Source: Girardia tigrina
Taxonomy: Eukaryota
Direction of reading: 5' to 3'
Assembly: GCA_001938485.1 (NCBI GenBank)
Contig: MQRK01242333.1
Span: 1 to 55,688, forward strand
Length of the DNA: 55,688 nucleotides
Under the pieces are notes generated by a model, which searched no databases, was not told the origin of the DNA, and saw nothing but the letters and a program-made list of their open reading frames with translations. Within the stretch, counting starts at the first letter, position 1. Each line of letters opens with the position of its first letter. This document shows, in pieces, positions 1-11,632 of this stretch. The position numbers were made by a program, and so were the translations under genes.

Positions 1-42
1 TCGGCAAGCTACCATATAGTGTACTTGCGTAGTGTAATTTGT

Positions 43-83
43 GACCTGATGATGGGATTTTTATTATCTCGAAACGCGTCGTC
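43..83 (+). ncRNA. Minimal type-I hammerhead ribozyme motif (Penelope-type)
   Basis: gac-CTGATGA-t-gggat(ttttatt)atctc-GAAA-cgcg-TC|gtc. Intact core, 5-bp stem II, palindromic ACGCGT helix III, GUC cleavage triplet, 3-bp stem I gac/gtc. Confidence 0.8.
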
Positions 84-92
84 TTGTTTTTA

Positions 93-568
93 TCCCTAAT
101 ATATATATATATATAATTTTCCAGATTGAATTGAAATTTAATCAAAATGAAATTTAAAGTTCAAGCCAGAGGCGCGTCGTATGTCGTTCTTTAAAAAATA
201 ATTACATCGAAGGAGACTGTCAAATAATTAATATATGTCTAAATTTTAGTTCGTTTGTTTGGTGGTTTGTCGGTCAAGCTCAAAGTTCACTATGATCAAA
301 ATGTCGAGTGGCGGAGGAACCAGAGGAACGTAACGACATGGTCAATCTGGATAATCTGCATCAAGACGACTCTATCGGTGCAGCGTCTTGGCCGAAAGAC
401 CCCGGGTAGCCGACAAAATAAAACCGAAAACCATTCTCGTTGAACGATTGTTAAATCAAAACCGATTCCAAAACAATAAATTATTATATTTACGATTTAA
501 AAATTAAAGCAAAAACTTTCAAGGACGAAAATTTAGCTGCCCGTCATACATAACGCGTATTTTGCTAG
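93..568 (+). mobile_element. Non-autonomous Helitron-like element
   Basis: 3' hairpin cccgtcatacataacgcg followed by tattttgCTAG|t (565-568), related to the 3' ends at 14865 and 26960. The 5' end a|TC plus (TA)n at 93 is tentative. Confidence 0.55.
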
Positions 569-876
569 TTGTAAACAATAACTTTTTATTAACCACATTC
601 TTTCATTTTCAGACAACAAAATTACATTCAAGCTCTACCTGTTAAATAACAGTTGATGAGTACATGGTGTATATACTTATCAGCCACCCTCACAACGCTA
701 AATAGAGTTTTCGCATGATACTTTGGCTTTTTAACATATGATACACAGTGTGGCAGTGCAATTCAAGGGTTTTTAAATCTCTTTCTTTCTTCATAAAGTA
801 TTCGGTATTTATCGATATTTTAATATTTTAATTATTTTTTCAATAATAACGAGAATTTTGTGATTTATTTTTATAA

Positions 877-1320
877 ACAATCTTTGATCGCGTCTTTTGT
901 TGTGGTTTCATTTCAATAAATTCTCCTTTGACAATTCCAATTAACAAAGATAAGTCTGACGAGAATTTGAATTTGCCAGTTATTGAACTATTTTTAAAAT
1001 CATCAACGATCAATCTCCCGGTCAAAGAACCTTGTCCAATTACACAGAAATGGTTTATGGTTGACATTAAAAAACTACCAGAGTATTAATTGAATTTAAA
1101 TGTCTATCGCCATTTACTGGTCACCGTTGTCATCTTGGTACACCATCAGAAAACTAGAAACGACATGATCGGTTATATTGTCGGTTATAATAAGGAAATC
1201 GAGAATCTAATGAACCTATTCAAGTTTCCAGTATTGGAGAAAGGTCAGACAGACAAATTTCTGACAAACATTATTTCTTTTGTGAAATCATTGTACACGA
1301 CAAAGTTACTTGTAATTTAA
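877..1320 (+). pseudogene. CLIC (chloride intracellular channel, GST-fold) pseudogene, N-terminal part
   Basis: The frame from 877 reads ...PVIELFLKSSTINLPVKEPCPITQKWFM VDIKKLPEY*LNLNVYRHLL..., matching the CLIC N-terminal pattern (P-x-I/V-ELF-x-K...CPxxQxxFM). In-frame TAA at 1087-1089, no ATG, no introns. Confidence 0.75.
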
Positions 1321-1486
1321 AAAAAATTTATTATGTATAAAATCAAAATCAAAAACAGACTCACCGTGCGAAGAGTCGATTATCGGTAAATCTTCACTTT
1401 TATCTTTTCTATGTAATTTTAATTTAAAGACATATGCACTGACATTACCTTTAAAAAATACAACTAAAACTTTATACAAAGCAGTC

Positions 1487-2454
1487 ATGAAAAAACTAAA
1501 TGTTCCTCACTCAGTAGATATTTTAATCAAAATGGGTCATAAAATCATAATTAAATCTAATGCTCTTCTATCAAATTATTTTACAACAGGTTTAAAAACT
1601 ATACAAGTTTCGATTAAATTTCGCGGAGGCGCACCAACTAAACCTGGACAACCAGATAACATACAAGCAAATACACATGCTCCTTGTGTTAAATGTTTCC
1701 TTGACACAAATGGCTCAATCACAACTTGGCTAGCAATAAATAAAAATTGGTCAAATGCTACAGGCCACACATCACAAAAATTACAACAAGCTTATGGTTT
1801 ACTATCTTTACTACCATCAGAATATTGCACAAAAATAACGAATATTCCAGATATCCTAACACAGGAAAATGCTTATGATGAATTAACTAAGGCCGTACTA
1901 AACTTGACTGATCCATCACAATATGACTTAATATCAAAATATTTTAAGGCAAATATGTTACGAAACCATACTCCAACGGAACATTTAATAAAGCTAGAAC
2001 AGACTTGTACTCACTAAACCCAGCTTTAACACAAAACGATGATCTTTTGAGACAATTATTTATACAAAGTCTGCCATCTCAATTACAAGTTTTTTTAGCA
2101 GTCGTACCTACTACAGTTCCATTAGATGATCTTGCTGCAATTGTTGACCGATCTTTTCAAATCTTCAAACAAAATCAAACAACACCAGCAATTACTGCAA
2201 ATATTAATACATCTCAATCAGAAATAGATCTTTTAAAACAAACAACAAAACTATTACAAGAATCCGTGGCGAATCTTACAAATAGCATCAATCAATTGAC
2301 GATAAGACAATCTAGAAGTCCAAGTAGATCAAATTACAGGACCAGATCCTCATCAAGAAAACCAATAACTTGCTATTACCACTACAAATTCAAAACTAAC
2401 ACAAGATCAGGCAACTTTGGTTGTCGATATTTTGAAAAAAATCTTTTCAAATAA
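1487..2454 (+). mobile_element. gag: Gypsy-type LTR retrotransposon gag remnant (two ORFs, one frameshift near 2005)
   Basis: Motifs AYDELTKAVL, TPTEHL, DDLLRQLFIQSLPSQLQVFLA, LDDLAAIVD, an RS-rich linker SRSPSRS and a C-terminal CYYHYKF...C knuckle are typical of invertebrate Gypsy gag. No pol follows. Confidence 0.8.
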
Positions 2455-2703
2455 TCAGACAAATGTGTTCGAGAATCTGACGAGAACAAATCGAACATGT
2501 ATTTACAAGGTGATCGAATTAGTTTTGTCGATTGTGTTGTTATGTCTCAATTAAAGAAATTAATTTATTTCGATACGTTTTGCAACAAGAAAGGTTTTAT
2601 GTTAAGTCGTCCATACAACACTGATATCGTTATCCATTCCAGTGAAAAGGTTCCTAGCCCCAGAGATCCCGGAAAAATCAACGTCAAATGTGCAAATTTT
2701 TAG
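2455..2703 (+). pseudogene. CLIC pseudogene, C-terminal part
   Basis: YLQGDRISFVDCVVMSQL matches CLIC FLxGxxL(T/S)xADCxLxPxL. FMLSRPYNTDIVIH resembles invertebrate CLIC FxxSCPxDQDIIxH. Collinear with 877-1320. Confidence 0.7.
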
Positions 2704-3814
2704 AAAGCGTAGATTATTTGCTTTTTAAAAATATTGTCGATCAAGTTTATGTAATCAAATAATATTATATTGATTAAAATCGGTAATATAAAATATTATT
2801 TTATATCCTGTAATAAAATCCAAATACAAATAAATTCTTTTAGAGAAATAAAACAAGTTATAGCAATACGATTTTTAATAAAATATAATTTATTTTTAAA
2901 AAATGTAATCTTTAATTTTTAAAATATTGTTCGGACTAATTTGCTGGATTCTATATGCATATGTTTTCGGTAAAAAAATTATTTATTTTTCAAAAATAAT
3001 ATTTAAAAAGTAAATCTCCAGTTTTTGAAACTTGATATTCTTTAATTAAATTTAAATGTATAAATTTTAACGTTTACACAAATTTTCAAGGTAAATTTTA
3101 TTTATATTTATTTTCCACACGATATTTGTTCAATCTAAATATAAGAATTTAGAAATAAAATATTTTGTACAATTTATAATTTATACATAATTTTTGTAAA
3201 TTTTTATAATATTTAGTTTCAGTTTTTCTGTTAATTATTTTTTTGTAAATACTTCTTTGGCAAGTTAATTATTTTTTAGTAATTATTTTTTGTAATTTAA
3301 ACAAAATAAGGAAAATAAAATTAATATCTTGAATAAAATAGAGCTCAAAGCATGTCTAAGGATACATGCTTAATCAAAAGCTTCAACTCTTTCGAAATAT
3401 ATAAAATGTATAGAACAGTGTAAAAAGGTATATTTTCTACAACAAAAAGTAAGAAAATGATTATATAAAATGAAAAAAATAGTTAATATTTATTAATTAA
3501 TACGAATAATACTAAAAAATAGTTTTCCGATTTTACAGAATGAGAACAAAAGTGATGAAAATAAACTTACCTTGTTCCTGGTACGTCCAGAAGACGTTAA
3601 TAAATAATTATATAAACATAATTATAATTTTTTAATGTAATATTACTTATTAAACTTTAAAATATTAAATTTTATTAATTAATTTACAAAATTAAAATTG
3701 AAATTAAAAAATCATTTGAAATTTAGTTATAAAAAATTAAAAATAAATTTGAATATTAAATCTAAATTTGAATAAATTAGTCTCAGATTATAACAATTAA
3801 AATATTAATCAGCA

Positions 3815-3897
3815 TTATGAGTAGGAGAGACACAATCCCAAATCAACAAACAACATTCAAACACAAAACGTCAACATTCCAAATATTCCTCTCATTA
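3815..3897 (+). repeat. Unclassified ~100-bp dispersed repeat, copy 1 (diverged)
   Basis: gtaggagagacacaatccc...caaca subrepeats...aaatattcctctca; homologous to copies at 14436, 25415(-) and 49993. Confidence 0.6.
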
Positions 3898-4726
3898 TAT
3901 CAAATGTATTATTTAAAAAAATGTAACTACCTGTAAAATTGAATATTTTATGCAAATATATAAGATTTACTTTTGTGAAACTGAAAAAAAAACAATAAAT
4001 TAAACCATAAAATACTCTCAATTATTCAATTTCATTCGAACATACCACAAGTTTCTTGTTTTCGTAAAACAGATCATCCAATCTCTGCGCGGAGAATTCG
4101 TTAAACAGAGTAAAAAAACAAACACATGGATGGTCTGGTAATAACCAGAAATCAACCAGTGTTTATCTTTTTTCTGAAATAATAAATAATATAATGTTAC
4201 TTTTAATTATACTAGATTTATTACAATTATTAACAAAACCAGAAAAAAGAAGATATAATTACAGAAACACCAGAGATAAAAATGTCACCTATTTATAAGA
4301 AAAAGAAATAAAATAATTAATATGTTAATACCAATCATAAACTTTCAAAATGATCTTCTCCCAAATAATGGGACGAGAAATTTCACACAATAATGATGAT
4401 AAATTGTCTTTGAAAATAAACTTTTCTGTCAGTTAATATAGGTACAATACAGTTTAGATCGGACGGAATTTGATATCTTTCTTTCTTCTTTTACCCCAAA
4501 TACGACTTGAAAATAGATTTAGAATATAATAGTTAATATCGACGGTAATAAAATTTTCTAATTGACGAAAAATAAATTGTTTTACAAATACGTATTCAAT
4601 TCACCAGACAAAGTCTAATAATAATTTTTATTTGTTTTAGATTTTAAAACTAATAATCAATTTTTAAAGATTAATAATTTTAAATTTAAATTTTATATCT
4701 ACATAACTACCCATCGTAGTTATGCA

Positions 4727-4915
4727 AATCATAATAATAATAATAATAATAAGAATTATAAAAATTAAATAATAATACATAATAATAATAATACATAATA
4801 TAAATACATAATAATAAATAAAGTAATAATAAATAATACGGTACTGATACGTAATACATAATAATATAGTACATAATAATAAATAAGGTAATTATATATA
4901 AATGTAGTATTATTA
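4727..4915. repeat. Low-complexity (AAT)n / TACATAATAATAA repeat
   Basis: Direct inspection; explains the Tyr-rich ORF 4707..4940. Confidence 0.85.
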
Positions 4916-5309
4916 AATTAAAATTCAAAGTGAGATGCACAACACAGAGTAAAAAATTATTTTTTTATATTAAACGGAACCTTAAAATACAACAAAATAA
5001 ATTAAAATCTGATAGTACTTAATCGGAAAAAGTACGGTGGAACCAGCACAACATACCAAAAGTAGCTTTGAATGACTGACTGGATAAATTGGATATCTAA
5101 TTTTTAAAAGAACATTATGTTGCCGATTTGGTTGATTTATATATATTGTATTGTTGAGTTGCTACAAATGTTAGGTATTTACTTCTCCATTGACATTTAG
5201 TTTCGTTAATCGAAAAATTCTGCCATATCTCACCTTAGGTTGTTGTAAATGTTTATTACCTGTTAGTTTGAACTAAGCAAATTTTTGCAGTACTACATAC
5301 TGACATATA

Positions 5310-5690
5310 TATGGGCCTTCCATCTCTTTCAAATGGTATTGAGCCTCTAGGCTCTTTAGAGGGTTCACCCAAACTAAAGAGTCCTAGCAGCCCTCGATAG
5401 GCCTCCTAAGAGGTCAGAGATTTTCGGTCTCCGAGATGTTTTCAGCTCTCCTGTAAGAAACGACCACTCATAGGTTGTATATATTCGTGAGCTTCTTAAA
5501 GTGACGAAAGGGACATCTGAACTTTCTCCTTGCATTTAGATCTGTAATCCTAAAAGTTAGATGTGTTTCTTCAGTACCTATCGCTTCCTCCGCCGTCGTA
5601 GAGATAGTCATGGAGTCCGTCACGGATTGAAATTGACTGCTTGAAATGTTGAGGTTTCTTTGACATATGTGTAACACTTTTATTGCCATA
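5310..5690 (-). mobile_element. Degenerate dispersed element (copy A), possibly the Zn-finger 5' region of a retroelement
   Basis: Reverse-complement homology to 12700-12970 (ggctctttagaggg..cac..aaactaaaga; ctccgagat; cgaaagggacatct). Translation includes FRCPF. Confidence 0.55.
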
Positions 5691-7189
5691 AACGATACTA
5701 CAAAGATATATTGATTAATGTTTTGAATGATAATTTATTGGGGATTGTGGATCTTTAAATTTTATTTACTGTTCAAAAGATCCAGAACTCTTACCACTAA
5801 TACTAGAATTTTTCTATCTATTTTACCGTGGAAACATTCTATTTTTTCAGTGAACCTTGAGGTTCTTTGATAAGCATCTTCTTAAAAAAGCTTAATCAAT
5901 CTCTCCTCACCAAAAACTTGACCTCATATTTGAGATGAAAATGACATTTTTTTATTTCAGAAATCGTATTTTAGACATTCATTCTTATTTTTACATAAAA
6001 AAATCTTTTGTGTAAACAAGAAAGGTATATTTGATTAAACAGTTGTCGAAATATAAAATATTTCGTTTGGGATAATAAATTTGAAACCATAACTCATCAC
6101 CAAAGTTCTTTATTCATTTATTATTTTGACGATTGACTTAAAACATATGTAAATTAGAATAATTAAAATCTTATATTAATATTTACATATTATACCTACA
6201 TTTTAATAAATATTAAAATATCTATCGAATTCAGTCTTAAGAAATACTAAAAATAATAATTGGCATATTCGTGTTTATTTGTTAATAACTCTTTTATATT
6301 TTCTTGGAGTTTATTTAGAGTGATATTTGTAAATAAATTTATAATAAATACTGAACGTGTATGAATTATATTCACTAATCAAAACCCTAAAGGAAAGCAT
6401 TTCCTTTTTAATAATTATTAATTGAGTTTTAAATATTTTCTCGGGCTATATTAATATTTTATTTATTCATTTTATAAGTAATTTTTTATTTCTTAAAGAT
6501 TTAAAAAAAAATTGTTACTATTAATTGTTAATATATATTTTCGAATATAAATCTAAGAACATTTTTGTTTATGCATCAAACATAGAATTTTAAGGAGTGT
6601 TTCTTCTATGTTTATAAAAATTCATGAAATGAGGTCTTTCGAAACAATTTATTTCAATTCTTAGATCTATAGAGACATGAAGAGACGTTTAGTCTGAGTT
6701 TGGCAAGTTGTATGAAAAATATTTAGACAACCTTCCAGTTTTCTACTTCTTTATGTTATTGAGATTTTTTAAGACTTAGGAATATTATTGTTATTTTTGA
6801 AAAAGTAAAGGCAATTTTTAAATTTTCATTACATTCACAATCAGAAATATTGTTGACAGACCAAACAAAATTCTTTTCGAGTCTATTTGAAGACAATCAA
6901 AATGAACGAGTTCAACACGTATTGAACCATCGGATATCAATCCTAACCATCTTGATGAGATCTAAAAACATACATATAACTTTTTTTAAACATTTAATAT
7001 CTTATAATTTGCAAGTTAGATTTAGAAATCTAAATTTTCCATAGATGCACATGACATTTTTAATGATAAAGATTAAATAAAATATCAAAAACTAAATGAA
7101 AAGTGTTGTTGAAAATTAAAAATGTAACATAATAGAAACATAAAATGTGGCCCAACATTATAAAAACTTGTTTTTCTCCTCCGTCAGTT

Positions 7190-7400
7190 ATGTAGGGCGT
7201 TGTTGAAGATAAAATCACCTGGCAGTGCTAAAACAATAAAAAAATTATGGTTTTCATAAAACATTTTTATTAAAAATATTTTGTAATGATATAATTTATT
7301 TCCAAGTGTATAACATAATACTTTCCAACATTAATAGAGTACGTTTTTATTCTCAATTTTTAGTTGAAGATAAGGGTTTAACTCAATAATAATTATTTGT
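7190..7400 (-). mobile_element. Possible mariner 3'-end remnant
   Basis: TIR-like tagggcgttgttgaa..., followed by a very degenerate minus-strand stretch resembling a mariner C-terminus/3' UTR. Confidence 0.25.
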
Positions 7401-7429
7401 AATGTGGAAGGATATTACATTGTAAATCC

Positions 7430-8190
7430 AATTAATATGAGCAAGTTATTGAATAATAACGGTTACTGTAAGTCCATCATAGACAGACTCACTCGTGAGA
7501 CTGTAGATAAAATAATCGAAAAAGAAAAAATCAAAAGTGAACAAATTAATAGTTTAAACATTGAAAACTGCTTTACCCTGTGTATACTCTAAGCTTATCT
7601 TACTCCGAGGGTTTTAAACACCTCAATAATTCGATCTTGAAATCAACAAATAACATTTTAAATTTAAAAATTATTTCTCAATCATTTAAAGTTGAGAATA
7701 TGTTTTGCAATAAATCACATACTCCTTTAGGATTGTGTTCGGACATTGTTTATCNNNNNNNNNNNNNNNNNNNNNNNNNNNNNNNNNNNNNNNNNNNNNN
7801 NNNNNNNNNNNNNNNNNNNNTCCAAGAACACAGTCAAAAAGGGGGAAAGAGTAATATTGCTGAGCATAAAAAACGTGTAAATGTAATATGAGCATAAATG
7901 ATTTGAAGATTTTTTGCAAGCATTTTAAGAATTATTGCGAGATAATGTCATGTGAAGCATTGTTGATAAGATCATGTGATCCTAAAATCAATGTTCAAAC
8001 AGCACTCTCAACTAATTTGTTAAGAGTTTTCGATTAGACTTACGTAAGTGATTACATAATCACTCATTTCTTATATAAAAGCAATAAAAAAGAACAAAAT
8101 CAGTGATCTGATGATGACGATTAAACTGTCGAAATATATTATCCTAAAATATATTTTTAAATGGCGTTTATTTGTTTATAATAAAAAATT
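7430..8190 (+). mobile_element. Penelope-like element 3' remnant (RT C-terminus/linker, GIY-YIG endonuclease, pLTR tail)
   Basis: LNNNGYCKSIID; LSYSEG; KSHTPLGLCSDIVY-[gap]-QEH...SNIAEH; EALLIRSCDPKINVQ; followed by a hammerhead motif and an aaatggcg tail. Confidence 0.85.
8105..8143 (+). ncRNA. Minimal type-I hammerhead ribozyme motif in Penelope tail
   Basis: gat-CTGATGA-t-gacg(attaaac)tgtc-GAAA-tata-TT|atc. Intact core, 4-bp stem II, palindromic ATATAT helix III, stem I gat/atc. Confidence 0.8.
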
Positions 8191-8371
8191 GACATCTTTT
8201 TTCAAGTTTAATTAATGTGAAGTTTGTTAAAAATTCATGTAGTCAAATATTTATTTATAAAATTCTAATTTTATATCACAATTTCAAAATATAACAAAAG
8301 TAATTTAAAACTATAAAAAAAATAAGTGATTAAAAAATCTAAAAAAAATCAAAAATTTTTTATTTGAATTT

Positions 8372-9450
8372 CGGTTTACTGTAACTTCTTTAAAAATCAT
8401 TTCTTCGAACGATAAATTCTTCGAATGCACTTTTTTTCAAAAATACCTTTTCTTTCAAAATAACTTGTTTTCAAAAATATCTTTTTTTTCGAAAATATTT
8501 TTTTTGAAAAAAATATTGAAAATAGCTTGAAAAGTAACAGATCATTTTTTTAGTAAGCTTTTACTTTTATTTATACTATTGAGGAAAATAAATACCTCTT
8601 TTTTTCTTAATACGGTCAAATGACCGAATTCGAAAAGACTGATAATATTACAAAATTTTTTTTATAAATCACATTATAATTCGGTTTTACAAATCGTACG
8701 AAAACAAATAATATCGTAAAAGCATGGCATAACGGATTTCAATCACTTTTAAATTCGTTTTGGTTATTTATGAAAGCTGTTAAACAAGAACAAAGTTTAA
8801 ACTAATTAAAAATGAAACAAAAATGAATGAAATGATCGAAACCCCCAACGAAAAAAAGAAATATCATGTTTTTGCATCAAGATGGTTCACTTTAACTTCT
8901 TCAAAAACAAAACAACATTTTTAAATGAAAAAAAAATTTACTAAATAAATGAAATTGGCGACATTTATATTGTTTTTTTTAAAAGGAGAAAAAAACTACA
9001 AATGATTAAAGTTTATTTAGAAACGATTATTAAAGTTTGTTGAAATTTATGGGACTTCAAGTTCTAATATTGAAAACAAAATAAGCACAAACTAACAATT
9101 GTACAATCTTGAAAAAACGACGATTTCATGGTCTGACTTTTCAACTTAAGTATATATTTCTGTCAAAGAAAATTAAAAAAATCTATGTTATGCCAAGATC
9201 CTGCGTTTGTTGTAATTCAATACATTCTAAGATAAATTATTTAAGTTTCCTAAAACTTAGTACGTTAAACCATTTTTTGAAAATAAATGAATCTAGTACA
9301 ACACATTTTTATAAAAGATTTTCTCGGTATCTCTGGGACCAAGAACCTGAGAGACATATCAACGAACTCAATTGCGTTGTGATTAAATTTCTCAAAAATT
9401 TTAGAAAAGACCACACTCCCTTCCATCGCTTTTTGCTTTACTCACATTTG
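8372..9450 (+). mobile_element. Degenerate Mutator-like (MULE) element: left end with ~15-bp periodic subrepeats plus transposase remnants
   Basis: cggtttactgtaac then repeated tttcttcgaa units. Protein remnants EIYGTS (xDGTF-like), QLYNL..FHGLTFQLKYIFLSKKIKKIY, and RHINELN...FRKDHTPFHRF (RTNN..E..H..HP-like). No right TIR found. Confidence 0.6.
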
Positions 9451-10481
9451 AATAAACAAAAAGGATAAAACCTAGAGCAAAAGATATTTAATTAATTTAA
9501 ATCGATTGTAACATTATTGTCATTGATAAAATGATTGAATTGTATCGAATAGCGAAAAACCTAGAGAGCCCACAAGACATTCAACAGTCAGTCCGACAAC
9601 AAAATCCCAGTGTCGCTCAATAGATCACGGAACTCACACCTGCAACAATCGCGAGAAATCAGCTCGATATTCAACAATTTCGACTAAAATTCTTTAATAA
9701 TCGATCGATTCATTTTCAAGTGTTTATCGAACAATACTTCAAATTATTTTTCAATTTTTCAAAGGAAACCATAACACAAATCGATTATTTTAAACAAATT
9801 CAAAATTTTATATTAAATTTCCATTTTTTTATAAAAATTAAAATGCTATACAAAAATCCATTTTTTTATTACAATTTCACAAAAAAATTTAAACATTATA
9901 CTGAAGTTTTGATTAAAATATTATTTAAAAACTTAATTTAGAAACAAAAAATACAAAAAACAATCTCCAACTAAAGTCATCCGAAAAAGAGTTTTACGAT
10001 AATTCTAAACATTATTCCTCATATATCTAAGATCTGAACTGATTTTAATTACTTTCTTATCGATCATATAGTCAAGACCTTGAATCTTAAAATTTTTTTT
10101 GAATACTTTTTCGAAATTCCATATCAAAATTTTTGTATTCATTTGTATGTTTCCAATTTTCATCAAATTTTGAGGGAGTGACAAGCATATAGAATTAAAG
10201 ATTTCAAATCAAGTACTACAATTTAAGGACAAAGGAAGTATTATTTGAATATTCAAGTTGGATAATTTCAATTCACTCTTTCTGACACGACAATGATTCA
10301 GCAGGTTACCCAGTCATTTCTAGCTAGGAATAAAACTCACTGGTACTGGCGTTGTAGCGCGCGTGCTGCCTTGGACATCTAAGGGTACTTACCTCTTATT
10401 GCTCCATTTCACTTAGCTAAAGGCTATTTACTCCTCTAAGAAGTCAGCATTTGTGATTTAACACGAATGTACTATATTACA

Positions 10482-10587
10482 GGTGTCGTTCGTAAATGGA
10501 ATTAACCAGAGAAATCACTCCACCAACTAAGAAAGACCATGCCAAGCACCCACTCAATCAAGAAAGAGCTATCAATCTGTCAAACCT
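10482..10587 (-). pseudogene. Isolated, diverged 18S rRNA fragment
   Basis: Reverse complement reads ttgacagattgatagctctttcttgatt...gcatggtc tttcttagttggtggagtgatttctctggttaattcc...acgaacgacacc, a universally conserved eukaryotic SSU segment, here with substitutions. Confidence 0.9.
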
Positions 10588-11279
10588 CAACCTCTTTTCC
10601 AACGCTTTTCATTCAAATTTCATTTTTTTGTTTTCAAACCCCAGGTACCTTTACTTTTACCTCCTGCAGATACATCCAATAATATCCGAATCGATTGTAA
10701 GCCATTTCAAACGTCCCAAATTAAATTCTTTCCCCTCAAAAATAAAATGTAAGTCCTTATTTAACAAAATTTTTAGAAATTAAAAATAAAATTAATTCTT
10801 TTTTTCTTTTAAACAATATTTTCAACTAATTTTCTCAAATTTAGTAAAAACATATTAAATTTCATTGAAAAAAGTTTTGAAAATGAATTTAATTTTTTAA
10901 TGCGAAAATAAATTTTATGTTTATATCATTTTTATAGAGGTAAAATTGAATTATTATGAAATATAAAGTTTGAATATTTTATACAAGTTTTACTGATTAA
11001 AATAGAAAAAGTAATTAAAATATTAATAATTTCATCGATTTATTGATTTATTTTTAACAGCCAATAAATGTAATATTGATTCGATTTTTATTTATTCTAA
11101 AGATTATTGATATTTTAATTAATTGAAATTTTTTTTATTTTTAATTTTAAAATTATGAATTTGGTTATGTTGAAATTTATTTTAAAAAGTTAGTTTCTTT
11201 AATCTAAAAATATAATTACTGTTCCAGAAAAAAACCTTAAATATTAAATAAAATAATAAAAATTAAATTTATAATTAAA

Positions 11280-11632
11280 TAACAAAAGCGCCATTTATAG
11301 GTATCAGATTTATTTTTAACATGTTTCGCCTTCACATGCATGTTCAGTCTTCTCTTTTAGGTTTGTAAAGCGATCTTCTTTTATACTTGCTTGGTTGTTA
11401 TGCAAGTGCTATTACGTAACCCGGGGATTAATTTATTATTGTCAATTAAAATATATTGATGCGATTGGATGTTTCACTCGCATGTTCAAGCATGGTACGA
11501 AATGCTTTATTAGAAGTGCTTCTGTGATGATCCTTTCACTACAATTATCAAAATTCGAGTTCAATATTTTGAATTCACTTTCCCAATTAACAGTTTCCCG
11601 ATCTTTACATCTCGTCAGATGTTCCAGAATTT
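11280..11632 (-). mobile_element. Penelope-like element 3' remnant (GIY-YIG C-terminus plus tail)
   Basis: Minus frame ILEHLTRCKDRETVNWESEFKILNSNFDNCSERIITEALLIKHFVPCLN. The tail keeps GAAA-catg-TT (half hammerhead) and aaatggcg. Confidence 0.8.

Larger units (their letters stand above)
3480..5900 (-). pseudogene. Possible decayed multi-exon LRR/transmembrane protein gene
   Basis: Minus-strand pieces VRVLDLLNSK (LRR-like), DLNCIVPILTDRKVYFQDNLSSLLCE (LRRCT-like) and GDIFISGVSVIISSFFLVLLIIVI (TM-like). GT-AG-like sites, e.g. aag|gtaagt near 3570 and ttcag| near 4174. Stops and frameshifts present. Confidence 0.3.

Noticed and set aside
1330-1600. Possible 5' LTR/PBS of the gag element
   Set aside because: There is no second LTR copy and no clear TG..CA plus tRNA-complementary PBS, so it cannot be supported.
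4046-4173. Exon-like frame with SPRRDW resembling sphingomyelin synthase
   Set aside because: The catalytic SGH histidine is absent and neighbouring pieces do not fit that family.
4707-4940. Hydrophobic/Tyr-rich ORF and similar short AT-rich ORFs (e.g. 9720, 33712, 47816, 53167)
   Set aside because: Products of low-complexity AT-rich DNA with no recognisable motifs.
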